Source: Phoronis australis (Eukaryota; Animalia; Phoronida). Taken from it: DNA of 64,000 nucleotides. The stretch spans positions 350,930 to 414,929 of the forward strand of contig NMRA01000394.1 of NCBI GenBank assembly GCA_002633005.1. Reading direction: 5' to 3'. The position numbers were made by a program, and so were the translations under genes. A model generated the notes under the pieces. It was not told where the DNA came from. It searched no databases and saw nothing but the letters and a program-made list of their open reading frames with translations. The stretch's first letter is position 1. Every line of letters starts with the position of its first letter. Positions 1 to 13,521 of the stretch are shown one piece after another.

Positions 1-145
1 TTTACAAATCAGTAAATTTCACTTGTACGACAAATAATAGAAGTGAACCAGTATCCAAGGCATAAAAACATGGGTGGTTTCTTGGTCTTAAAATATGATG
101 ACACCATTTAATATGCTACGTTAGTTACTAATACACCAAAACCAC

Positions 146-379
146 CTAAATGTCTTCATGATCTATTTCAAAATCGATAGATTGCTTGAGCAAGGTATGA
201 ATTCTCCAAAAACTGGTTTCTGATGCTTTGTTCTGCTCTTCTGGTATGAAGGTATTCTGTGGGTGGGCGCACATGTTCAGAAACCTAAACAGTCTCTCTT
301 TGATGAGTTTCGGTGGTGCTCTCAGCAGGCCCAGCCAACTGTTACTGTTATAAGGCAAGAATATCTGCTCACACACAAC
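146..379 (-). CDS. DIPK1: DIPK1/FAM69-family kinase, last coding exon (VVCEQIF...LLRAPP...LNMCAHP...EDI*)
   Basis: Acceptor ttttgcag|GTT at 379 joins in phase 0 to give NNNLQ|VVCEQIF, typical of the FAM69 C-terminus; stop at 146-148. Confidence 0.85.
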   Translation of the reverse strand, partial: VVCEQIFLPYNSNSWLGLLRAPPKLIKERLFRFLNMCAHPQNTFIPEEQNKASETSFWRIHTLLKQSIDFEIDHEDI

Positions 380-1359
380 CTGCAAAAGTAGACCTCAAAT
401 TAAAAATCCTTTAGAAGCACATGCTGATCAAAGTTTTGCTCCAATTGAATTATTAGTTCTTTGAAGAAACATGGGAGATAATTGGCTAGCAATTCATGAT
501 TCAAGACAACACAGTGCAAGAAATGCTAAATATAATAGACTAGACTGACATCTGCATTGAGCCTCGATTTGGAATTGTTATCACTTGTCAAATAATGAGA
601 TGAAACCAATGTTAAAGCAATGAGCTATATCTCTTTGGTTACAGTAATGATTTTGCCTGGTTTAGTAGAAGTGAACACATTTATTTTAGATTAAACCATG
701 GTGTTATTAGTCTAAAAAGAAGGAAACGGGTATACTTAAGGGTTGGAAACTACATATTTGTACAGCATTAGTGAAATTCTTCAGTTATACCTTTTGCACA
801 TTTATTTGAATGTAGGAATCAGTGCACTTATACCCCCAGAGACCCTGGAAAGCAGTACACATGACACCACATCTTAAGCTACAATACCATACAGCTGTAT
901 GTGCCCACAGCTGATCTAAAGTTTGGAGTTGGTGTGGCTTGATGAACCATGATATTATGTAGTCATATAACCTGGTCACACCACTTTTGAAACTGGTTTA
1001 AGGGTAATACCTTAACAAATACTTTACAATCGGTTTTAAAAGGTATCATGTACATAACCTCTGTGAGGGTGGTATAGCTTGAGGCGATAACCCTTGTAAC
1101 TTAGTGTGAACATGGCAATCAGTTGCAAAAGTTATAACTCAGGTAGTGCTACTGTCAAAGCTCATTGGAAACAATGGTGTACCAAGGCACTAACTGAGGT
1201 GAATCAGAAAATGATACTACTGACGACAAGTGACTAAAACAACTAGGGTAACAACTGTCTGTGCAAAAAAAACTTGCTTCCTACTTTCGAGGTTAAGTTG
1301 TGACAAATCCTAATAAATGTATCAACTTCAACATAAAAATCTCTGCACTTGCTATCCTA

Positions 1360-1551
1360 TTTTCTAAGTTTTGCTAAAATGTGTGCATACTTAATCTTTT
1401 CTAAGTTTTGCTAAAATGTGTGCATAACTTAATCTTTTCTAAGTTTTGCTAAAATGTGTGCATAACTTAATCTTTTCTAAGTTTTGCCAAAATGTGTGCA
1501 TAACTTAATCTTTTCTAAGTTTGGCTAAAATGTGTGCATAACTTAATCTTT
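1360..1551. repeat. 38-bp minisatellite, about 5 copies
   Basis: Near-identical tandem units of ttttctaagttttgctaaaatgtgtgcataacttaatc in a DIPK1 intron. Confidence 0.95.
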
Positions 1552-1744
1552 CATGGCTTCTCTGACACATTAATTTTAGATAAGAAGATTTTAATCAGCA
1601 AAGTACTTGTGATGTATCACCCACAGCCTGCTACTAACAGCTCTGTAATATCTCCATCAATCACTCAAGAAAGTAAAAGATGGCACATATAAAACGGCTT
1701 TCACGAAAAGAATTAGTTCCCAATATTTCCCAAGAGACACATAC

Positions 1745-2250
1745 TGCATGGTGCTCTTAGACAGACAGGGCTGTTAGACTGACGAGGATGTCATACCGCT
1801 AAATAGACTGCATGGCGCTGTTGGACTGATGGGAATGTCATACTTAACAGACTGCATGGGGCTAGACTGACAAGGATGTCGTACTAAACAGACTGCATGG
1901 GGGTGTTAGGCAGACAGGGATGTCACAATTAATAGACTGCATATAGGGGTGTTACACTGCACTGGGCTGTTAGACTTACAGGGCTGATAGACTGACAGGG
2001 CTGTTAGATTAACAGAGTTGCTGGACTGACAGGGAGGTCATACTGACAGGGCTGTTAGACTGACAACTTGTTAGATTGACAAAGTTGCTGGACTGACAGG
2101 AAGGTCAGACTGGCAGGGCTGTTAGACTGACAGGGCTGTTTAGACTGACAGGGCTGTTAGATTGACAGGACTGTCAGACTGACAGGACTGTCAGACTGAC
2201 AGGACTGTTAGAATGACAGGGCTGTTAGACAGACAGGGATGTCATACTAA
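1745..2250. repeat. Degenerate ~17-bp minisatellite (agactgacagggctgtt)n
   Basis: Many copies; most homogeneous at about 1970-2230, with longer variant units at the left end. Confidence 0.9.
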
Positions 2251-3798
2251 ACGTCTGATCAGATGCCACGACACATTGCATTTCTAAAGACAGGAATCTA
2301 AGCTGTCTGAAATTTCCACGAACCATAATCTCAAATGGTAAAACAAGGACATTAACTATAAAAGAAATATTGAGCACAACAAAAGGCCAGCTACAAAGTA
2401 AAAATTTTAACTAAATATATAGTGGTTTATTAAGCCAGTGCACATCTACCACCTAGGATCTCTATTCTGACCACAACATAACCATAAAAAACAAGAAATG
2501 TTAACTCGCCATATTTCAGGACTCAAGTTATATGAGGATCTCAAAACATTATCAGCGCCTAGCTCCCATACTCGCCATCACGTGAAATTGGATGACACAA
2601 GGTAAAGTCATGTTACTTAAACGGAGCTTATGATTTTTAATGTACGTGTCATACAGCATGTGGTTATTTGGCATATTCTTCCAACCATGCCTCATGTCCT
2701 AAAAGGTTATGAATGCTTCAAATAAACACAGTTTCCAAGTTTATTTATGGTGAACATTGTTTTATAGCATAAAATAGTCATCCACAAAAAGAGAAAAATG
2801 GGGGAAAATATCCAGTACAGCATACGCTTACTATCAATAACACAGACAAATTTAACTAGTGGTGATTCACTGCTGTTTTCTTCCAACAAATTCGCTAATT
2901 CACTTTGGGCATGCGAATTTAGATTTTTTGACTATTCGTAAAAAAGTAACTTCCAAAACCACTTTGAGGTGGTGTTGTTGTGGTAACATCGTTTCTAAAA
3001 TCTCTTGGTCTATTACACCAACCTCTAGCTGTTCAACATACGTTTCCGTCAGTCATTTCTCTGGCCTACGTCAGGTACTAGTGTCCATAAGAATAAGCAC
3101 AGACATGTGGAATACTCACGGTGGTCAAAGCACTGTTCACATACCCATGTTCATTCTAAGAACAATGCCGTGCCAGTGTAAATAGACCGCCATATATTAG
3201 AAAATGATCATACTAAAAAGGTAGATTACCACTGATATTTGTCTAGCCAGTAAAACCTACTAGAGCATGTAGACGAAACTGCAAGGAAGTTGTATGCTTA
3301 CATGCAGTGCACACATAACTGCAGGGTGAAAAATCAAACCAAATGAGAAACAGACAAAAAATTAATACTGTGAAGCGGTTTTACAATCTTCTGTTAAAGT
3401 TCACAAGTCATAAACCATATGTACTGTGGTTTCCAAAGCCAAGTGGGACTACTTTCATCAACGAGTGTCAAAAGTACATAACGAAATCGTTTTTAAGCTC
3501 TATATATTTATCATATTTCTTTGAAAAAACAAATCCAACATAACTTTTCACGAGTATATCCATTTCAGAACTCAAACATATCGAAAAATCACCAGTTCTA
3601 GGTGAATGCAACTCAAACAGTATTTTATTGGCTAATGAGGTAATTGCCTTGCTCCACACAAAAGAAGCTAGAACAGCTTTCCTTATACATGTATCAAAGG
3701 ATTCTGTATACTGTAATCTGAGTACAAATCCACTGACAAAGTACTCACGGTCGCCTTACAGGCCAAGTTTCTAATGAACAAATATCACCCTACTATAC

Positions 3799-4662
3799 CT
3801 GAAGATTGTTATTAGTCCTCCTAGGAGCACACTGGCCTGTGTCCACAAAGCACCATCCTCTACAATCAAAGAAATCGCAGTCACTGTTCTTCGTACAGTT
3901 CGTGTGTTTAAACTCAATGAACAACTTTGGTTCAAAGAACACCATGTCGGTATCGATGGCTTTCACCACCAGCTCGGGATTCAATCCAAAGTTTTCGCCC
4001 TTCAGGTCGCACATATGAAGGGGCTGATGGAGATCCATTTCAAATGAGCGAACTAGGTCCAAGATACCCAGCGCTATTTTGGCACGCTCATTCCAGTGAA
4101 CTCCGCTCACTAGATTTTGGGATATTGAGGTGCCCAAGTATTCACCTGGAGGAGCATACTCCATGGCATAAAAGTGGCCACAGCTGCCGTAGATTCTTGG
4201 AAAGTGCTCGTAATCGGGATAAAACTTCATAGTCACATACTCTTCTTGTTGCATGAGACTCCACAAACTGTTTATTGCAGTCGTCAGGCTATTCTTAATG
4301 CCGGAATTTTTAACATAGTCATCAAAATGAAGAGACCACATATCTGACAGTATGTCTGTCGCATTTTCGATATCTTTTCCATAACCTAAATCAAACTGAA
4401 TTGTCTTCTTTATCATTTGGTCAAGGGTCGCCGATCCATTCATCCCTATGACATTTTCAGCAAAGTCTGCGTAGTGCTTCCGAAAGTAGTCCTTGAAATA
4501 GGCCTTCTCCGACTTCAAGATGACTGGCCACTGACGCCAGTCCATGTAAAGTATTTTCTTCCCCTCACGGTAGTTCAAGCATTTCTTGAACCGCAGACGT
4601 CCAGCTGAGCACAGATCATGACACAGGTTTCCTGCTACTGAGCCCTGAGAGTAGAGAGTACA
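3799..4662 (-). CDS. DIPK1: DIPK1/FAM69-family kinase, main exon (Cys-rich N-part plus kinase-like domain)
   Basis: 288 open codons with CxLYxxGxxxGxLCxxLC, VILK, LWSLMQQEEY, FPRIYGSCGHFYAMEY, HMCDLKGENFG, AIDTD and CxxxxDCDFFDC; acceptor tttcag|TGT at 4662 and donor CAG|gtatag at 3799. Confidence 0.93.
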
Positions 4663-4782
4663 CTGAAACAAGGGAAAACATGCCATACTGAGCCCTGAGA
4701 GTAGAGAGTACACTGAAACAAGGGAAAACATGCCATACTGAGCCCTGAGAGTAGAGAGTACACTGAAACAAGGGAAGACATG
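4636..4782. repeat. 50-bp tandem triplication spanning the DIPK1 3' splice site
   Basis: Unit tactgagccctgagagtagagagtacactgaaacaagggaaaacatgcca starts at 4636, 4686 and 4736; the first two copies are identical. Confidence 0.97.
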
Positions 4783-6281
4783 GTAAAACTAAGCTTATTG
4801 AGTCATTGATTTGCAGGCAACTGTCTGTGCACACAAAAATTAGGCCACATAACTTAATCTGAAAGTCCCACAGACATCACAATTTTTGCACAAGACAAGG
4901 AAATTTACTTCATACACTATACTTGTCCAGTTCAATGGCTACCGCGTATGTTCAACTTGCAATCCAGCAACTAATTTTTCACTTTAAATATCGGCACCTG
5001 GCAACCACTAATACATACAACCTCCTTTCATCAGTCGTGCAGCTATGTAACAATTTTGAAATGAATACATTTTTAGAAGTGTAATGAACCTACATGTATT
5101 TTCTAACAAGAACATTTGATGTCCTTTGCTCATGATAGAAGTGACTTGTTAGCCCTTGAAATCATGCTCATGGACTGACCAAATGGGTCAAACCTGATCA
5201 ATAATGAATGGTCAGTTTGTCTTAAAATCAGAAATCATAATTTCTAATCAGAGAAGGAACAACATTACACCATTTTATACATGTAGCTAAAAAGTTCAAC
5301 AAAAGCTTTTTTGAAAGATGGCTCTTTAACACTTAGCCAAAACGCTTTTCATCTTTTCAGTGTTTAAGAACATGCTGGGCATTATAACACTTCTAGAATC
5401 TTGTTTTTTTGTAATTTTGATCTATGTCTGTAATGATCCTTTTTGTATTTCTTATAATTATATTTATTAATCAGCCTGCATATAATGTTTTCAATTTGTG
5501 GGCAGTAATTGTATCACTTCATGTATTCTTGTTAAGACGAAATAACCTGCTGAAACATTAATAACCCTGACAAATGCGTTGGTGCTTGTGATGCTGCCAT
5601 CTATGGGATTATCCCATTGGGAAAAATGTCATTTTGTTACGCATTTGTCATTGAACACATAAAAAAGACATCACAATGACTCACCTTATTCTAGATCTAC
5701 AGGTTAGACTGACATGCTAAGCATTGTAATTTATCTATAACTTCAGTGTTTCATTCAATCAGAATGCAATCTATACAAAATAAAGTTGTCAAGATCCAAA
5801 GACTGAAAGTTATAATTTTTGAGACTTCAAAAAGGACACAAAACTTTGAATAACCAACGTGATACAGCACCGAGAGCAACTACTTACCATAGTACAATAA
5901 CACATCTTACAACAATCAACTATTTGTTAACCTGAGCATTTTCTAACACAGAGGAAAATTTCAACACTGTTAGAACATGGTCTTCCGCATGAAGCATTTC
6001 CATAAATTCAACATCACAACATTGATTTAGTCTTTTTGTTGGCTAGTACTATTTGTCTCATTCCTAACTTGGCATGAGAATTAAACAAATTTTCCTGTCC
6101 AGAATTAAGGAATTTCAAAACAAATTATCATAGTGAAGTTGGCAGCTTTTATCCAAATATAGTAATTGTGAGATGAATATGATATCCACTTTTTCTAAAT
6201 TCAAATGGGACAGACTATACAATTCCTCTACCAACCCTTGTTACCTCCCTACTGTTCAAAGAAAAAAGTATCAATACGCAC

Positions 6282-6437
6282 AACATCCTTAAGCATGGCC
6301 CTGCTTTCTTCATTCGAGCACCTGGTCGCCCCCTGTTGGTTCTGCAGGACAAATGCACCAACCAGCAAGATGATGATGGCAACAGCGGCAATGGTTAGCT
6401 TGATAACCTTTGATTTCCGCCATCGTATCACCCGCAT
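6282..6437 (-). CDS. DIPK1: DIPK1/FAM69-family kinase, first coding exon (basic N-tail plus type II transmembrane anchor)
   Basis: Reads MRVIRWRKSK, hydrophobic TIAAVAIIILLVGAFVL, then ...LKDV; donor GTT|gtgcgt is phase 0 and joins LKDV|CTLY; acceptor ttttctag near 6455. The start codon is inferred. Confidence 0.8.
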
Positions 6438-7989
6438 GCTCAAACATGGAAAGCCTAGAAAATGGAGAAGAACTGGATAAATCGACAGGAAGTAGAACCA
6501 CCTTTTACTAGCGCTGTGAGATGACAACCAGAGGTCATGCTCAGCTCAATTCAAGATTCTAGATAACTCTCTTACAGATGGTGTGAGTTGGGCTTTCTTG
6601 TGATGACTCAACACAAGACTGACCATGAGCAACCAAATCCAACACATTAACCTAATTTTAAACAAGATAACAAGTAAAATCTCATTTATTTGAGACAATT
6701 ACCAAAATTGGTCATTTTACACTTTTCTTTAAAAACCGTCCTTCCTATTGCCCACATATTCTCAAAACAATGACTGATGGCAGCTTTGTTATAGAACTTA
6801 AAAGTTGTAAAAGCATTTATTTCATGAAATTTGTCCGTCATGTTTCCTCCTAAATTGGAGTCATTTTACCACATTGTTAAAATCTAATTCATTGATACTT
6901 TTATGAAGACCATGCCTGCATTCTGTAAGAAAATTGTAAAAACCCAAGATAACACAAGTCTTCACGAGATGTCAACATACATTACAAACATGTGATCACG
7001 CTACTTTTTCTCACAACTGTCTTAATCAGGTTTTCCAAATGCATCCTAGGGGCCCATTTTATGAAACCTTTTCTGTTTTTTCTCTGACAGAAATCCGGAT
7101 AACTTAAGACCAAAACATCTTAGCCCGGTTACAGGAAATTTTTTCAAGACCAAAATTAAGACCGAAATCATTCTAAGCTAAGAGAGGAAGTTAGCCTGCT
7201 AAGAGTAGGCTTAAAATTGGACCAAAAATTACAACTATCACCAGTGTAAGAAATGAGGAACAAATTTCATGGATTTTTTTCACAATCTGCTAGTAATATC
7301 TCTAAACAATGTCACACTGAAGATTGTCTACTTTTGATTCAAGAACCGGCAAAGTAGCCCAGACACCGTAGAGACAATGTGACTTACTTGCCATACCAGC
7401 CCAGGCCACTATGGTCACTGCACATAAAGGACATCCTAATATTGTATCCAAAATGCTATCAATAAATCCCCCCTTAGTGTTTCAAGGCCAAGGTTATTAT
7501 TGAAGACTGAAGAGCAAAAACAGACATTGAGTTCATGAAACAGTCTTTTCTGAATGTTCATCTTTGGTCTTCACTTAGTCTGACATTCGGTCTCAACTAA
7601 GACAAATTTTTTATTGTAAGTTAAACGCACCCCAGAAGGCAACTTGAAAACAGTCAAGGTACCTGAGAAATGCTTTTCAATTTAGCATGCACCAATGACA
7701 AACAAGTGGGATTCAGTCTGATATTTCTTGTAAGAAAAGCGTACAAAGGTTATTCTTAAGGAATATAAGACCTTGTTGACAAGTCTATCCATTTAGACAA
7801 ATACCTAGAAAACTATTGATTTTAACGCCATTTCTTAAAGTAGAAAGCTTGTAGAATACAATTTTGAAACCAATCTGCCACTAACTGGACCACAGGACTA
7901 CCGGTATGTCTTTTTAGTAAAATTAGCAAACATTAATGTATTTTAGTAACAACATCAACATGATCAAATTCTATTTGATTTCAAGATGT

Positions 7990-8940
7990 CAAAGCGCTGT
8001 TACAGTTTCCTAAAATATCATTTTGCTTTTGTTTTATCCAACTTTATTTTTTCATGAAAATCATAAAAATCCTCTCTATAACCCCCAAGTAAAAGTGGAA
8101 AATTTTAAAAACATCCAAATAGCGTATTGAAGAATCATGTATAAAAGGCGATATCTGAAAGTCTCATACGGACACAATCAGCCATTTCTGAGATACTATG
8201 TTCCAAAGTTACCCGAATTTGTACAGTTTACTAGGACCCCACATGCCATAAACCTGTAACTGGACAATACTTGGTATTTTAAATTGCCGCGTGATCTGTG
8301 GCGCTTGAAAACTAAAACTGATGATTGTTATGATCAAAATTGAGGAATGACCAATGTGTCAGAAAAAAAACTAATTCTTATGTTAAAATTGGAAACTGGC
8401 CAAATTGATTCAAGACACAACATCACGTGTAAGTAATATTATGATTAGGTAGGACCTTATGTACAAGTATGCATATTTAGCCAAATATCTACAAAACTGC
8501 ACTTCTGTAAAAGTATTTATTTTCTGAAAGTAGAGAGACTGGAAATTTTAACTTGTGACTTAATACCACTGTGATATAACTGCTTCACCATGTCTTTTTT
8601 TAAGTAAAATTTTGTAAAAAGAAGGGTGTATTCATTAAGCAAAACAGTGGTGTCAATAACATGACCCAATGTCATTTGATTGCCATTTTCAAGGCAAGAT
8701 CTCACAACCACTGTTACACTGTTCTTAGTTATCAGTTTGTTTTCACTTTATGCAACTTTTGTGTTTTGGGTTAAAACCCATACCTCCTAATTTAGAAAAA
8801 GCGGAGCGTGTGAAAAACAATTCCTAACAAGTCTTTGGGAAACGGCGCATAAAGCACAATCTTCAAAAGTTTCATACAAATCTGATCAGCTGTTTGATAT
8901 TTGATGTTCCAAAGTTAGCGAAATTTGGAATTATTCTAGG
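7990..8940. repeat. Dispersed repeat family remnants (pieces at about 7990-8230 and 8800-8940; inverted relative at about 55750-56010)
   Basis: Shared segments such as tgttccaaagtta, ctgatcagctgtttgata and aaaatatca...ttttgttt recur in reverse complement near 55.8-56.0 kb. Confidence 0.55.
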
Positions 8941-10369
8941 TTTCTACATATTCTTAGTCTACAATCTACATTGTGTATTTCCATAATAAACCAATGCCCT
9001 TCAAGGGCCAACTACAATCACATCCACACTCTACAGCAATTACTTACCGTAAGCACAAAGAAAACAAATGGTTGGATGTAGGTTGATATATATGACAGAA
9101 AAGCCAAGTAGTTTTAACTTCTGATCCAAAGAAGAATGTCTTGGATTAGGAAAAAATCTGTGCTTAACTTACACAAATAGTGCCATTGATCCTACTCTCG
9201 CAAACACATGTCATGATAATGTGAAATGTAGATCATGACAAGAAATCAATAATTTCAGGAACTTAGCACAAAACAGAAGCTTTCAGTTAATTTAGAATCT
9301 AAAGATTTACTCTTAATTAGGCGTAGGTGAGCACTGAATGGGGCCAAGGTGTGAATAATAACGCATCAACATTACCATGGTTACGGCCTTCCTACGAGCC
9401 TGAACATCATGTATTTCGCAATGCCAAAAATATTTCAGGAAAACGTAACAGGATTTAATCATTAATTCCACAAACAGTGGTCTGTCCCCAAGTATTCTTG
9501 CTGACTGTCAGAATATTGGTATTTGTGTTGCTACTATTGGTGGCATTGGAGAAGGACCTAGATACTGTATAGGAATCAACGGCAGTTATACTGTTTTATT
9601 GCACATATGATCGGAAAGTTCATTGAATAAACAAATTGTGGTAACTCATGAATATATTTCCTGCTAATAGTCCTGGCAAATTTGTTGGAATTCAGAATAC
9701 CAGGTCCAACACAAAAAATTTGTCCCGATAAACTTTTAGAAGAAAAAATAACAGGATTACTTCCTCTTCACATGGTAATGGCACATTTATTCTCTACCAA
9801 ACATAAAAAATCCTAAGCACCATCCCGAAGGACCAATCCTCCTCTTTCTCGGAACATGGCCTAGAAAAAAATCCTGCCGGCATGCCATTTTTAGGGCTTA
9901 AGTTAAATGATGTTTTGCCTCCTTGCGAAATCCTAGAACTGCCATGGGACACTCAGGCATTCCTAGTTTATTACCTGTTATGTCTGCCATAGCGTAACTT
10001 ACGAATACCAGGACAGGACCTAAATACGTAAATTTCAGATTCTACTTTATTTTTATTTTGGCAGTGAATTAGAGCCCTGGCTGAACTGAAAAACATCACT
10101 TTTTGATTGAGAATCTATGGGATACAATGGTACTTTTCACTTGTCAATTAAAATCAAAATTTCACAACAGCACATAATTCAATCATCTGATTTCGTTGGT
10201 TACTTTCATGAGCATTCGAACACTCAAAATGTAACTGATCAGTATTCACTCCGTATCAAAAACTTACATGTAGAGAGCGTGTAGCAAAACAGAAAATGGA
10301 GAATGCTACAACATAGCACACAAAGTTCTACTTGTTCATGAGCGCTTAACCATGACTGTTATGTTTCTT

Positions 10370-12189
10370 CATTTGATAGAGTATACCCTTTAAAAGAATC
10401 CACATGCAAAAATTCACATCATTTGCTCTTCTCGTTCAAAATGACACTGTAGAATCATTGAAAATGAGTGAAAATGCGCCAGATCTGCCATCTTGAAAAC
10501 GACTTCTGGTTAAACAGCATTTGATAATTGCCAATCACAAGAAACTAATACATGACAAATTTCGGAGTGTTTGGTCTGAATCATGGTATCCTTTATAAAC
10601 CCCTCCTCCAATTGCAAATTATGTCTGGCTCATTTTGAAAATGTCCTGACAGATTTTGACACTTCAAGACAAATGCGCAGGACCTAGAGAACATAGCAAA
10701 ATCTCTGAAGTCCGCGGGTATGTTTTTTGCTCTTTGTTCTCCAAAACACTTGTTCCATGATTTTGCATGAAGGGCTTTCAAAAATCAACCTTTATGATTT
10801 TCATGCATGTTCATTTTTGTGTCTCTTTCTTCCCATTCTTATATCATAATTGCACAACTTGATTTTCCCAATTTCATGACTTCACATCAATGGGAAATTC
10901 CATTGAAAAATGGGCACATCCACCCAGGGCTTCATACAGGTTTTCCAAGACAGGCTCCAAAAAGAGGTTCCCAGTATTCCAGGGCATCCATGATTCCGAC
11001 AACGCGTAACTCCCACCCCCACCAACGTTCACCAGCAATCCTCCCCCCCCCCCACACACAGTGAGGCTTTTTACAAAAAAATGTGTAGACCAAGGCTTTT
11101 ACATCGTTTACAAAAATTGCCCAATGTAGTGAGCTTTTTACTAAAAAACTTTAACGTCTAAACTATGAAAACAGCCAAGTAACTTACAAAACAAATATTA
11201 GTGATACTGGTTGAAAGATGAGTGCATTATGTTTCTGGTGATATCAAGTCAAATTGTTGTTATGAATTTTATCCTATCACCTTAACTAGCTTTTATATTC
11301 TGTACAATGAGACATCACAGCTCCAGTTACCAACAAAGAGAAATGCACAAATGATGTGTGGTTTACATTTTGGCAACAAGTGTCACACGTGTTCCATATT
11401 GAAACTTCAAAATATATGTTGAAAAGCATGAAACAAGAACAAACTCAACATTTTTAAATAGGCATGTTCTTGTGGCAAACCAAAGACGTGCCAATGCTTG
11501 ACTGATCTTCGATTCTCAATACTTTGAACAAAATTTGAACATTGCAACATTATATATTGCAAGAGCCAGCACTATCAACTCTTCGAGTGTATTCTCGCTT
11601 AAACTATCACTCAACCAACCAATCAGATGTGCCTCTTTCAATAACTGGACTTCCTAGTAATCATTTGAAATTCCCCTTACAATGTGGGTGTCAAAACTTA
11701 CGACATTCTGATTGACACTGGGTGTCCAAATGATACATTGGGCGCCTTGCCAGGGTGTCCAGATTAGTGCTAGGGTGTCCACATGGAAGACCAGGATGTA
11801 TGCAACATGAAGGCCACGGTGCACACATACAGTACCTCAATAAACAAAACATACCCGCGGACTTCAGAGATTTTGCTATGTTCTCTAGGTCCTGGGCATT
11901 TGTCTTGAAGTGTCAAAATCTGTCAGGACATTTTCAAAATGAGCAATTGGAGGAGGGGTTTATAAAAGATTCAATGATTCAAACCAAACACTCCGAAATT
12001 TGTCATGTATTAGTTTCTTGTGATTGGCAATTATCAAATGCTGTTTAACCGGAAGTCGTTTTCAAGATGCCAGATCTGGCGCATTTTCACTCATTTTCAA
12101 TCCTTCTACAGTGTCATTTTGAACGAGAAGAGCAAATGATGTGAATTTTTTGCATGTGGATTCTTTTAAAGGGTATACTCTATCAAATG
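10370..12189. repeat. Long inverted repeat: arms 10370-10726 and 11846-12189, spacer about 1.1 kb
   Basis: The arms are reverse complements with few substitutions and one 14-bp indel (aaattatgtctggc). The ORF track shows the same peptide (NIPADFRDFAMFSRS) on opposite strands. Confidence 0.95.
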
Positions 12190-13521
12190 TTCTGCAACAA
12201 TTCTCAGACTTACCGTAATTGAATTATTTGACTTTCAATTTCAAAAAATGCAAAATTTGAAAGTTTTCGAAAAAGTTTATGAATTTTATAAAACTAAATC
12301 ATTACATCTATAGAGTTTTGAAAGTGCTTTCAGAAAGTGATTTTCATTTTTCACTAGGATGCCTACTTTTTGAGTTATAGAAGATTTTCTGAAAACGCTA
12401 CATTTCTTTTTTGACTGATTTTGTTGCACTGTTGTTGGTTTACCTTCTATTGAACAAGATTGTAGCCTATTGCTTACTGACTTCTGACACCCTAGTTGGT
12501 CGTATGAATGTGATCATCATGTTCATCATCGCCACCATAATCATCATTGTCGTCATCATTTCCATCGTCATCTCTTCAGATAATTTCGCCAAATGTTGCT
12601 CTTCTGAGCGCTTTCATTCCTTTTTTTTGTTCGCACTCTACAGACCGCATTTTTTTACCGATTCGCATGACATCTGCACACAACCGGTATCTCCGAAAGA
12701 GCTGGAAGCCTATATTATTTTGGTCATGATCAGATTCAAAATGGCAGACATAGAAGCCATTTTGTTTTCAAATTCAGATTCAAATGCTCATAGAGGCTGC
12801 AATTTTTGACGTACACGGCTGAAAATCGGTACAATTATAGTACTTTTGATGAGTTCCAAAACTCCTAAATGCTTCTGGTCAAAGATGGCGGAAATATTGG
12901 TCATTGTGCATACGACCTCAATTTTGGGACGAAAACGTTTTGTCCAGTTGAGGGTGCATTGTAGGACCAACTGCTTCGAAATTTTTTATGTGTTAGTTTT
13001 CTTTAGCTATAGCTATTATCAAGTGCTGTTTAACTGGAAGTTGCTTTCAAGATGGCGGATATGACACATTTTCATCCATTTTCAATCGTGCTGGGTGCCA
13101 TGACATGAAATTTTGCATGTGGATTCTCTGATGTATACTCTTTCGAATGACCTGTAACACTTTTTTCGCATACTTACCATTTTTGAGTTAACTGACTTTC
13201 AATTTAAAAAAAATGCCAAAAATTTTAAAATTTTCAAAAATTTTATGGAATTCTGTGAAATTAAAGTTTTAGATAGAGTTTTGAACGGGCTTTCACAAAA
13301 TTTTTCCATTTTTTTCTAGGACACCTATTTTTTTAATTATTTGAAATTTTCGGATTACGGTGTTCCTTTGTTGACTGATTTTGCTGCACTTTTGTTGGTT
13401 TACCTTATATTGAATGGGACTATAGTTCTTACTCATTTCAGACATCTTCGTTCGTCATATGAATGTTCATCATCGCCACCACCATCATCATCGTCGTCGT
13501 CAACATTATTATCTCCATTGG
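12030..13521. repeat. Diverged tandem duplication with a period of about 985 bp; the second copy is interrupted by a transposon and resumes at 15880-15940
   Basis: Segment 12031.. matches 13016..; 12410.. matches 13370..; catcatcgccacc tracts occur in both copies; taatttcgccaa...gagcgctttcatt at about 12580 reappears at about 15898. Confidence 0.8.

Noticed and set aside
1360-1551. 38-bp repeats resembling a CRISPR array in unit length
   Set aside because: The units are contiguous with no unique spacers, there are no cas genes, and the context is a eukaryotic intron.
4663-4731. N-terminal extension MFSLVSVYSLLSGLSMACFPLFQ of the 312-aa ORF, which looks like a signal peptide
   Set aside because: It is a translation of the 50-bp repeat and intron; the real N-terminal anchor is in exon 6282-6437.
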